Below, in pieces: positions 52,728 to 64,000 of a stretch of DNA of 64,000 bases. The notes under the pieces are model-generated. The model did no database searches and was not told where the DNA came from. It saw only the letters and a program-made list of their open reading frames with translations. The DNA is taken from positions 62,001 to 126,000 of the forward strand of contig JAQGDQ010000048.1 in assembly GCA_030141605.1 (NCBI GenBank), given 5' to 3'. Each line of letters starts with the position of its first letter. Within the stretch, counting starts at the first letter, position 1. The translations under genes were made by a program, and so were the position numbers. Source of the DNA: Tubiluchus corallicola (taxonomy: Eukaryota > Animalia > Priapulida).

Positions 52728-54295
52728 TTCAAGAATAAATTGGTTCAAAAGTTTGTAAGTGATAAAGGTATAATATGGCAATTGAATGCGCCCCGTGCAC
52801 CCTGGTGGGGTGGTTTTTCGAGGGAATGATCCGGTCTCTTAAAACTGTATTGAGAAAACTGCTGCGACAACATACCCCGTCTGAAATGGCTTATAGCAGT
52901 AACTGAGAATTTGCATCCTGGACGTGATGGTGTAGTGCGAACTGTTACTGTAAAAACTTCTAATGACAAGATGGTTCGCCCCATACAACATCTTCATTGC
53001 CTTGAGATTAATGTACCCAGCGATGTCACTCCCACCCCAGGTGAGGTGAGTGATGGTGGTTGTGATGAGGAGAGTGACATCCAGTCTGGAGAGCCTCCAA
53101 CTGATGTAGTTCAAACTCGCTCTGGACGAATTGCTAAAAGACCTATGAAATTGGATTTGTAGGTTTAAGTTTGAGCATTACATGTACTTTGCTAAAAACT
53201 GTAGCTAATAGTCCAATGGATTAGATTGACTGTATCGTTGTTTGTGTTTAGCTATTACAGTCATGTTGTAGTATATAGTAAATGTCTGAATTGTAATTCT
53301 CATTTATTACAGTAGCAGATTGGGTGATATTTCTGTATTGTTTATTGCGCTGAATGTTTTTTTATAATTGCCCCAAGGCATTTGTTTATAATTTAAAGAT
53401 TGTAGAGAATTTTGTATTGAATTTCACTTTTTGTGCCTTGTGGCAAAGCTTAACATTTGTTACAAGCTTAACTTTAGCAGCTTGTAATTTGCAAACTGCA
53501 GTTGTAATTCTTTACTGTAAGTGCAGAGTGTTCATAGTTCACGTTTAGTTTCAAAGTTTACATTATAATAATAACTATTACAGCAATAACATATCGTTCT
53601 TAAACAGTATTAAACAGTTTCCGCTTAAGCTTTAAATATGTATGTGATTAATGTTAGATGCTTTAGTCCAAAATTGCATCATATTAAGTCATGAACTGAC
53701 GCAATGAGATAACTGAGTATTGTTTTTTACAATTGAGTGTCGTAATCAAAAGTCAGACTACTACCAGTGAGTTTTACAGTTGTTCATTTTGTTTTGTCAA
53801 GTTACACCTTGAGTGCTTGCCTGATGAGTATTCTACAATTCTTGCAAGTTTAAAGTGTATCTAATAACCACAGTGTAATTTTAACTTTTAAGTTAATGTT
53901 ATAGTTTGTTGTATGACCTATGACCTAATTTTCATTCTGTAACTTGTAACCTGTGACCTTTTTTGTTGGAAGCTGAGTTGACCTTTCCTGCAAGTTTACC
54001 TTTATGGTTTAATTTACTCAAAAGCAATGTTTGCCCCCCCCCCCCGAGAATGTAAAACTATGTCGCGAAGATTTTACATATTGTGGTTCTGTGGGCCATT
54101 TTTTATTCTTTTTGCAGAAATCGATTTTATGCGTGATGATCATTATAGTATTAGATAAATCTCTTCGTATTAAACAACTGGAATTTATCTGTGATTGTAT
54201 TTAAACAACTATTTTGAGTGGCTCGGAACTTGACCGACCTTGAAAAACTATTCTTCTAATAAACCACAACAACTTTTAAATCAGCTGTTAATACA
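52728..54295 (+). mobile_element. Decayed BEL/Pao LTR retrotransposon 3' portion (integrase core fragment, C-terminal domain, candidate 3' LTR)
   Basis: KGIIWQLNAPRAPWWGGF then a 1-nt frameshift to EGMIRSLKTVLRK; large internal deletion; then PRLKW...LHPGRDGVVRTVTVKT...RPIQHLHCLE and QTRSGRIAKRPMKLDL-stop (53162); gcccc...gagaa then TGT at 54051; candidate LTR 54051-54295 ends ACA and contains AATAAA. Confidence 0.88.
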
Positions 54296-54464
54296 TTTAC
54301 GCGATCTTGAATTTTACCACCTATTTATTTTGTTTTAAAGCTGCATTGATGAATTTTGAATTTAAAGTCCTATACCTTTTTCTCCAAAGTGGATTTCAGG
54401 GAATTTTAAATGTGTTATTCTGCAAGGTTTTCTGGGTGTCTTTGCAAATTTCACCTTTAGTCTG

Positions 54465-55063
54465 CACTATTTACTAAGCATTCCACTTACGAATTTGAAA
54501 GACATGTAACTGAAAAGAAATTATTAACAATTTTAAACATTCTGGCCAACTGGTAAATCGGCACTACGTAGCCACCAAAAAATATCATTATTTATCTTAC
54601 TGACAAGATAAAGTAATTTATACTTCTGCTTAATTAGTGAATTATGTGCTACGAATGCTCTAATTTATTTAAATTTTACACACTGTTATCTAAACTTGTT
54701 TCCAGTGACTTATCGTCAAAATGGCTGCGCCTTGTTAATAGTCTTAATGGGAGTTTAAATTTACCAGTTTTATACAGTGTTGCTGCTTATGCAAGCCCTG
54801 TTTGCAATAAGACAGCACGTTCTTTTTCTTTTCTCTGTTGCTCTAAACATCTATTATATACATTAAGTCTTTATCCCTTGTTAGCTAGAGTACCCCACAG
54901 TTCCCTTTCTGCCGCTAAAATTTCCAACTCTACTGATCAGAGAGATACGTGAATTATCTTTTTCCTGTCTCTGCCTGTGATGAACGACAGCACGTAAGTA
55001 GTGCAAAATTTCAAGCTCAATTTCATTTTTAAGCTTTATTTATGTAGAGTGTTTCCTTGTGTT
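54465..55063 (+). mobile_element. Kolobok-type MITE, copy C (old, left end lost, interrupted)
   Basis: shares tgacaagata, atgtgctacgaatgctct, tcaaaatggctgcgcc and gcaagccctg with copy A; ends ttccttgtgtt then ttaa. Confidence 0.8.
54821..54985 (-). mobile_element. 165-bp retroposed insertion with 10-bp TSD inside MITE copy C
   Basis: gacagcacgt at 54811-54820 and 54986-54995; minus strand ends in A-rich agagaaaagaaaaaga; absent from copies A, B and D. Confidence 0.8.
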
Positions 55064-55199
55064 TTAACTCCTTCGAAGTTTTATTTGGAGAAAGGTGTTG
55101 CGATTATGTATGGTGCTCAAACATAATGTAAAGAAACGCTTAACGAAGTAATTCAGCTTTCATCATTTTAATCCAACCGCTGTAGTACAGTCACATGAT

Positions 55200-55545
55200 C
55201 ATGACGTCATATATTATATATCGTAACATCCTCCCTTTTTTTATAAAAGTTCAAATTAGCATAACTTCAAAATTTAACTTTCAAAAGTAATCACTATCTG
55301 AAGTGTTCATCAAAAATCTTGCAGTACAATTTCAATTTAAACAAAACTGAATGTTATTTAAATATTTACCGAGCTTTCAAAAATGACAGTCTGAAATCAA
55401 ATATTTAACTTTTAGCCGATGTTCTACAGAAATTGTTTAGAAATAAATTCAAATTGTTTTTAAGGTGTCGAAGAAAAGAGCAAATAAGTCACCTAATGTC
55501 GTGACGTCAGATCTTCTCCAACACAAACAAGATGGCGGTGTTATA
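55200..55545 (+). promoter_or_regulatory. Probable promoter of the RhoGAP gene
   Basis: two perfect CRE palindromes TGACGTCA (55202-55209, 55502-55509) and a YY1-type CAAGATGGCGG (55528-55538) directly before the first exon. Confidence 0.6.
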
Positions 55546-55562
55546 GTATCGAGGTTTTTCTG

Positions 55563-58500
55563 ATGCTCTTCATGTTTCCTGATTTATGTTTAAATGGGGA
55601 AACGAAGAGCATGCAAAGAGGATACAGGCGTGGAGTTCTGGCTCAGTGGTTTGCTGGTGGAAATAAGGATACTATGGAAAAGTATGTAAATAATGAATTT
55701 AACACAGAAAACTAAAATTATATATAAATTTTGCTTTTAGTTTTATATTTTTGAAAAATATAAAATTATAATAATTTTCCGTGTGCCGATATTGTATTGG
55801 CAGTGGCGGTTTTAAATGAGATGCGTTCACACATCTATTTGGCTGAGATCAAATGAAATACAGTAGCATTTCAACAGCTGTAATTTTAAGACTCCACGTC
55901 GTTGCTAAATTTACTGGAAAGTTAAGTCTCACAATCTAACAATGCATGTATCCTTATCTCAACTATCTATCAGCGGACTATCTTTGCTGCAGGTTATATG
56001 TAATGTCGCACACTATTTATCTATTAGTTACAGCATTTTAACCTACTGTCTGGCGTCCATATAAAATAGAGATCAAATAATTATTAATATTATTTATGTA
56101 GCAGTTTTAATATTATGTTACAATAGCAAGAAATACAAGTGTTACACCTTGCAAATAGAATTTGATATCATGTTTGATTTAATTATTTAAGTGCCATATT
56201 TAACCAGCTAAGTAACTTTTTATTGTTAAATTATTGCCTCAGCTGGACAATTATGCAGTTTACGTAAAGTTGCAAGCACGTCGAGTTTATGGAATTTTGT
56301 AGTTACTTGGTAAGCTCTCATTATGATCACGATGTGCCCAAAACCTTAGCAACAGGCTGTGCAGTCTGCATCTGCACTATAAAACTCATTGCTATCTGTT
56401 CCGTTTTTTATTGCCTATTGTGCTTAAAATCAGTTGTTGTTACTTACTACTGGGCATTTTGATTTGAAGCCCTTTGGCAGTTAATTTACCCATTTGTTGG
56501 TCATTATTGTCTACTGATTTAGTCTAATCACTGCATTATTTGTTACATCAACAAGTCATTTAAGTTGACAAATTTTCAGATGTGGTATAAATGTTAAGAG
56601 CCATTTAGACAATCAGTTTTTTTCATCAAACTAGTTTGTCAACTTTAGTTTGACAAACAAAGTTTAATTGTATCAAACAGTCTTCAATTCATCAAACAAA
56701 AACTGACAAAATCAGATGAAAGACTCAACAGCCAAATGTGTTGCACTCTCATTACATCGTGTCAATTGTGCATTTCGCCCGGCGGCCGGGAAAGCTTGTA
56801 ATTATTAATCCAGCAAGCGGTATAAATATACAACGATCAGCATTGTTGGATATTTTTTTGTTATAGGAACCTGAAGCGTAGAAACACTGGTAATACAAAA
56901 AAGATTTTGCTGACAATAAAAAACAAAATTCTGATTTTGCTGTACTACTTTGCACCAATCCATGAAACAATTTGCGATAGAGCTGTGGGTGTTTTACAGG
57001 TGTTAAATTAGTTAAATTGAACTTCTTGCAATAAATAGTCAAACATCTCAACGTTTATATCTTTGAAATGAGGCTGTAATTGCCTCTTTGAATCCCTCTT
57101 TGTAGTTATTTTTCTTCCAAACTTCTCTAGCTCTTTCTTTTCCAATTTCTCCTTTTTTAATCGTACAAGCTAGCCCAGTATAGACTACAAACTATGTCTG
57201 CATACTGACACCATAATTTGACTGATACTCCTGGCTGAATAGTTATTAACAGAGTTTGAGAGAGTGAAGCTTGATGTCATCTGAACACCCATTAGTTTTT
57301 AGACGGACAGTTTTTGTCTGTTAGTTTTAGTTTGGCAGTTTAAAAACTGGTCGTGTAAATGGTGGCCATTTGGCTGTTGAGTTCTTCATCTGATTTTGTC
57401 AACTTTAGTTTGACAAACAAAGTTTAATTGTATCAAACAGTCTTCAATTCATCAAACAAAAACTGACAAAATCAGATGAAAGACTCAACAGCCAAATGTG
57501 TTGCACTCTCATTACATCGTGTCAATTGTGCATTTCGCCCGGCGGCCGGGAAAGCTTGTAATTATTAATCCAGCATGTGGTATAAATATACAACGATCAG
57601 CATTGTTGGATATTTTTTTGTTATAGGAACCTGAAGCGTAGAAACACTGGTAATACAAAAAAGATTTTGCTGACAATAAAAAACAAAATTCTGATTTTGC
57701 TGTACTACTTTGCACCAATCCATGAAACAATTTGCGATAGAGCTGTGGGTGTTTTACAGGTGTTAAATTAGTTAAATTGAACTTCTTGCAATAAATAGTC
57801 AAACATCTCAACGTTTATATCTTTGAAATGAGGCTGTAATTGCCTCTTTGAATCCCTCTTTGTAGTTATTTTTCTTCCAAACTTCTCTAGCTCTTTCTTT
57901 TCCAATTTCTCCTTTTTTAATCGTACAAGCTAGCCCAGTATAGACTACAAACTACGTCTGCATACTGACACCATAATTTGACTGATACTCCTGGCTGAAT
58001 AGTTATTAACAGAGTTTGAGAGAGTGAAGCTTGATGTCATCTGAACACCCATTAGTTTTTAGACGGACAGTTTTTGTCTGTTAGTTTTAGTTTGGCAGTT
58101 TAAAAACTGGTCGTGTAAATGGTACATTAGGGTTATTATTAAACTATTATGATAATTTACAAAGCACATAACAATTCAGAAATTTGAATGCTTATTTGTG
58201 GTTATATTAATGATATTGGATTCGATTTCGATTAATCATATACACACATTTAAAAGAACTTTTTACTTGAAAATATTTTACGATAAGTAATATTATATAG
58301 TAATAGATGTAACAACAAATTAAATTTGCATGTTTGGAATTTAATTTCAAGTGCTCAACTTGTTGCCAGAAGTTGTATTTGTAAGCACAGGTAGTTTAGT
58401 CATACATCTGCAGCATAATGCAATTACACGAGCTGTATCTGCACAGACAAGCATCAGCAGTAAATCATGAAACATAACTTTAAGCATGCCAGTCTGTACT

Positions 58501-61500
58501 TCAGTTTTGGTTACTAGAAAGAGTTTCTTTGTAAAGCACTTACAAACACTACACTTAAAGCACAAGAAAACCCTCCACTTACATAAAGCTTAAAATATTC
58601 GTCTCGAAATTTTATACCACTTACCTTTTTTCGTGCAGGGCTTGCATCGGCCGTAACGCTGTATAAAACGTGTAAATTTAAACTCCTGCGGTGACCATTA
58701 CACACAGCCATTTTGATGGTAAGTCGTTTGAAACAAGTTTAGATAACACTGAGTAAAGTTTGAAAAAATAATAAGAACATACGTAGCATACATGTTGCTA
58801 AGTAAGTAAAATTTTAAATTACTGTATCTTGTCAATAAGATTAAAAATACATTTTTGACTAGTGAGTGGTGCTCCCTGAAGGGTCGTGAGTCAGCGACAT
58901 TTTACCAATTGGTGAAAGCATTTAAATTATTGTTTCTAGTTACGTAAATCTTACCAGGAGGTAAGCGAAATGCTAAATAATATAGATTTGCGCAAAAGGT
59001 TTTTTGGGACATAATTTAACATTGCCCTTTCTTCCCTTGATTTGCGTTTGTGTAGAGACGTCATGTAATGACGCCATCGGAACAATATTGCGGGAGATTT
59101 AAAATAAAAACAAACAAAAATTCCTTTCTATGTGAGCAAGATATATGCATAAAATTGCTGTAAAGTAATTTTTAAGGCGATTTTTCTGAAGCCAACTTTA
59201 GGCCACTTTCTTGTCCTTTAAACTAAGGCTACACGTTATTGAAACGAAACATGTATTATTAAATGAAAAAAGGTGTTAAAAGTTTATCATCATTAAAACA
59301 AAATACCACTAAATAACGGTCTAACTTTTTCTGCTGTACTGAATTAAATCATTTATTAGGCTGAGTAAATGTAATTACAGTTTTTATATGTGAAATAAAA
59401 AAAGAATTGCAAGAAAAAATGAAACAGTTTGACAAAAACTTTTATCTCCTTTTGTGAATCTCACTCAAATGGAAAAGTAGCAGTCATATGCAATAGCTTT
59501 GCAAAGCAGAACCTCTCATTTTACTTCATGCATAATATCTTATAAAATTATTAGCAGAACACCCAAAAATCAGTCAGATACTGGCAATTGAATGTACAAA
59601 TCACTGCACTTCAGATGATATAAACATATTGTAACTACATGCATTTAACATTCATTAATTGTCTATTTCAATTAACTGTGCTTCTTTATTTCCTCTGGTA
59701 TGGGCTACGCCAGAAGTTAACTGCTGAGAGTGAAGTGCACATTAATAATAATAGTATTTTTAGCAAAGCACATAGAAAGAGCAGCATCACGAGTGGTGTG
59801 GGAGATGACAGTTTGCAAGAATTTAGTGTTAAATATACTTATGGTGCTTCAACATTTAAACATTCAACTTTGAGCAGTGTGTGAGTTTATTATCTAATAC
59901 CTCCCAAGAAAAGTTTGTCACTGACATAGTTTACAAATACTGTTATCAGACTAGCGACTGGTACACCTGGTACAACTTTTTTGCATCTTCATTGCTTAAT
60001 TTGATAAGTTTATTTTTTTAAAGATATGGGATATTCCCTTGGCTTTTAACTGCTTGGGTTAAGTTCAGTACAAGCTGGTGATAGGGATACTTTGTTTGTA
60101 TACATTTCCACAAAATAAATCACTATCTCTTTTCTAAATAAAACATGCTGTTAAAAGTTTGGCAGTGGCACCAAGCATATAGAAACATTTGTGTAGCATT
60201 TACATTTATTACTGTCGCAGTATTATTTTCACATTACTCAAATTTTATTTATTTTTAACATTTTTGATCATGAATTAAAATGTGAATACAATAATGATTA
60301 AATTATCAATTTTTTAAGCAATTTTATTTTTCATGATTTGTAACGGAGTTTATTTTAAATATCAATGCCTCCACATTGACGAAAACCTTTACTGTAATAT
60401 CTATATATATATATCCAAGTAATGAACTAAGTACTGCTCAAATATAAGACCAACATGTTATACTACTAGACCTGTTCCACTGATGTTCTGCTGTGTGCTT
60501 CATTACTTGACTATACTGACTGGTATTAATTTATGATGCCAACCATGTGTAAATTCTTCTTGTAAAAACGGAACAAAGCATTCCTTTTATACAACTTCAT
60601 TATCTCATCAGTTGTTGTCAATTAGTCATTGGATATACTCGTTGTAACCTCATCCTAGCACTCTGTTAGATCTGACTTATCAGCTTTTCTTGGCCCAACT
60701 AAAAAAACAAGCACATCGCTTAAACTTGTTATGAATCTGTGGGTGTTTGGTTATGACACATGGCTTACTCACTAGTTGCTGAAACCAGCAAAGAAATCAG
60801 ATCATCCTTCTCATGGACTAAAGTGTTTAGTTTTCACAAAACAGTTGTTCATTTTGGTTGTCAAGAGTGTTAAAGTATGGCAGTGATATCACCATACTTT
60901 TTGTGGTGAGAATTTTTGATGATTCATCATTTAGTTTTGTTTGTTTGTAATGTATACTAATGGTTTATATATTTTTAGATAGTTTCAGAAGTGACCGGTT
61001 ATTTGTTTCACGGTTTGTTTTTATTTTATGTGTTGGGGCTATTTTGGTCAGAGTTCATTCTGTTGTTTATCATTAAATCTTACAGTAGTGTACTTGTACA
61101 GTAGTCAATATGAGTACAGTACACTGTGCACTTTGTAGTTTTAATAGCTCTGTTGTTTAGCTTACACCTGTTAAAGTAATATTTTTATATGACTTAATAT
61201 GTCTAAAACTATTTATATTACATGTTTATTTATGTTTAGCGTGCTACAGTAACACTATAATAGTATAGTAGTAGAGCAGCGGCAGTACTAGTAGCAGCCA
61301 GCACCAGCCACAAACTTTATTTATCTGGTGTTAAATGTATAGCTAAATTTAATTAGCCAAACAATACGAATAACGTGTTTTAAGTATATTCTTCTATAAG
61401 AGGCGGAATTACTTAGAAATGAATTTTAGCATTTTCTTTACAATAAAAGCATGGGGAGAATTAAATTAGATTTGCATATAACTTAAAAAATAGACTTTAT

Positions 61501-62300
61501 TAATTTCTTAATCTGCAAACAAACACATATGTAATGAGCCAGTGTTTGCTTGCAAATTAAGAAAAGTTAGTGCAGAAGTGAATAAAGTCAAGCGCTTGCC
61601 TGTCAAATTTTGCGGCAGTCTTTGTCGCAGACAAATAAAAAACTAACCAAAAGCAACTGAACAAAGCAAGATGTGTTGATATCGTTTATTTTTGTTAAAT
61701 TCTGTTAATTATTAGTGAACAGTTCAGAATTATAGACCATGTAAGGCAGGATCCACTTATTAGATTTTTTTTATTAAATTTCATCTTCCATTCAAGTATT
61801 TGTTACAATTCTACACTTTTGTTTAGAAAAATCTGTCGTTCCGCCAGAAGAACTTAAAATTGGATAACACTGTCAAAAAATGCTAAATTACAAATCTGTG
61901 ATCTGGGTCATGTAAATAGTCACTACACATCCAATGACACCTGTGAGCCTTCTTTGTCCCATTTCCAGCTTCTACAACTGCTCTTTGTATACCTAGGAAA
62001 GAGCAGACGATGAGTTGAGAACCCCATTTGTCAACATATTTTGTCAATTTTGAGAATGCTTCTAAAAGTGATATAGTATGCAGAATAATTACATTTCTTA
62101 GCTGATTTCTTTGAATCACTAATTAGTAATTCGCTGTCATTGCGCAGTCACCCATCAATGTTGTGAAACCTAGGAAACCTTCTCATCATTATTATTTATA
62201 CTACTTATATTTTTTATGTTTTTTGCATTTTCTTTTCAGGCTGAGATTTGGAGTGCCGTTTGAAGAGATTTGTAAACCTAACATTCCAGCTTCACTCTTG
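55563..62300 (+). CDS. RhoGAP-domain protein, 5' part (continues beyond the window)
   Basis: Exon 55563-55681 (in-frame ATGs at 55563, 55572, 55611, 55674; ...MQRGYRRGVLAQWFAGGNKDTME; gtatgt donor, phase 2) joins exon 62240-62300 (tttcag acceptor, gtaagc donor) to give KLRFGVPFEEICKPNIPASLL, the FGVPLxxx...IP motif that opens RhoGAP domains. Only about 20 aa of the domain are visible; start codon uncertain. Confidence 0.7.
56597..58126. mobile_element. PIF/Harbinger-type MITE carrying a 760-bp-period tandem duplication
   Basis: TTA on both sides (56594-56596, 58127-58129); degenerate TIR gccatttagacaatcagttttt / aaaaactggtcgtgtaaatggt; 56635-57363 equals 57395-58123 with three substitutions seen. 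Confidence 0.8.
58559..59217 (-). mobile_element. Kolobok-type MITE, copy D (inverted)
   Basis: TTAA 58555-58558 and 59218-59221; reverse complement of copies A and B. Confidence 0.88.
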
Positions 62301-64000
62301 GTAAGCTGATAAATTTTCTTTGTGAACTGAGGATAACTGACTTACTAACAGCAAAGGTTACAACCAAGTTTACTACTTCTTATTTTATGGTTTTCCTCAG
62401 AATTCTGCAACATCCAGTGCAATTGTATTTTCCCTGCAATGGACTGCATGGTAGATAATACTGCACATTTCCACATGTGCAAAAATGTGCTGTAAAGTAC
62501 ATGTATCTGTTGGAGGAGGCTACTGTATGGTTGCTGTGCTGATTTCGCCTTGCACAATCTCTGTAAAATGTGGCTAACATATGAAGGGTTTAAAGTTCAG
62601 GTTAAAACAACATTTGATTTGCACACGTTTGAGGCTTGGGAAGGCAAATGTATTGTTTAAGTTACGACATTTTACTGCAGTAATGTGCTTTTCTGCCCTT
62701 TTCAACCTTCAGTTGTCATCACAATCAGTAAATCGGCTGTTAAAATCAGTCCTTTTTTAAGTTTGCGAAGTACAGTTCTGAAGAATGCTATTAAAGTTTC
62801 CCTCTCAAACCTGGTCACAATTGAGATATCTGCTAGAATTTACCGTCTTAGTCTAAACTGTTCAAAAATTAGTTGAGCTGAGTGGAGCCAAGGAAATGAA
62901 ACCTGCTTCCGAATTAAAGAGTGGTTAAAATGAATTAATTTTTCCAAACTAGGTATTTTAGTAAGGATCTAAACCACCAAGAAAAATATTTTTGTTTATG
63001 ACTACTTTTTATTCTGTCTAAATACATTAATTGTTTTTAACTGTTATTTCAGTGTCACTTAATAGTATTATAACTGTGCAATGTTGAACTTTGGCTAATC
63101 AGTTCATACTTGGGTTTTTGTCCATATGGGGTACCCTCCTGGGCTACTATCCACGTGAAATTTTGGACACTATTTCACATCGGGTCTTGAATCTCTCGAA
63201 CACAGATAATTAATTGCTGCTTCACAGAGTTATCTATAAGTGATTTTGTAAAAGTTGTTTAGGTGGTATCTCTGTACTTCTCGGTAATACATTTTCGACA
63301 TTCAACACATTTTGCAGTGCTTATTTTTACTGTCCTTATACTGTGTTCTGTGGACATTCCTAAGCTTACAGTCTTGTTATTTCCTGACATTATCATGTAC
63401 AACAAGGCTCCTCTGTCAAGAATACTCTGTAAGCTGTTTGTTTCCCTCCACTTAACTATACTCAGTTTAAAAAACACATCAGCTCATAGACACGACATAT
63501 TAAATAAATCTCTTATACAGTTTTTTGTTGTTGTTTTTTTTTTAATAAAATTTTCCATTTTTTTTAAATTTTTTTGTAAGTTTTGACCCTTCAGCCTTCT
63601 GGAATAAAATGCTGTCAAAAGTTTTTAGAAAACCAAGTGTTCTAATCGGTTTTATAAATTCAAGTTTTTTTCTGTAATTTAAATGAATTTACATTACTAT
63701 TTTAAATATGTTTAATATTGCTTTAAATAATACTAAGGCCTTTATGGTAAAGTTTCAGTATTTATTGCACAGTGCACAGGTATATGCAGTCCTACAGTAA
63801 CTAAACTGAAAGACATAAGACTTTTCAACACAGCTCTTCAGTGTCTATTTCTGCTGTTATATCAGAATATTAGGTAAAAGCCCAAAACTAAAATTGTTGC
63901 TGAATGCGGCCATGTTTGTTACTGAATACAATTTACCATCATGGTCCTTAAAGCAATATTGAAATTGTGTACCACCAAGAACCTGTTTAGACTTTTAATA

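Noticed and set aside
56752-57811. Two near-identical 99-aa ORFs
   Set aside because: By-product of the MITE tandem duplication; no recognisable domain or splice structure
63263-63586. Next RhoGAP exon
   Set aside because: An AG precedes it in phase 0, but the translation is T-rich low-complexity with no RhoGAP helix or arginine-finger motif

Overview
AT-rich, intron-rich invertebrate animal genomic DNA; the six-frame ORF track is mostly uninformative because the real genes are spliced. Reading GT-AG boundaries and exon phases by hand gives three + strand genes. (1) The 3' part (12 exons, 482-8944, 544 aa in the window) of a circularly permutated Ras protein 1-like gene with a Sec23/24-type Zn-finger half and a vWA domain. 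(2) A complete F-spondin/spondin-1 gene (15 coding exons, 22323-48609, 869 aa: signal peptide, Reeler, Spondin_N, four TSRs, Kunitz, two TSRs). (3) The 5' end of a RhoGAP-domain gene (promoter near 55.5 kb, exons at 55563-55681 and 62240-62300). Introns and intergenic DNA carry many non-autonomous elements: four copies of a Kolobok-type TTAA MITE, hAT, PIF/Harbinger and pogo-like MITEs, a decayed BEL/Pao retrotransposon, LINE/SINE/Penelope-like relics and long microsatellites. I found no convincing novel multi-gene system. The most interesting signals are rearrangement footprints (an ectopic copy tract running out of a MITE, a spondin 3'UTR segment captured between inverted repeats, a tandem duplication with an inverted templated junction, a hAT with a 5-bp TSD) and a candidate alternative membrane-anchoring first exon for the RhoGAP gene. 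Family names come from motif recognition only; no database search was run.
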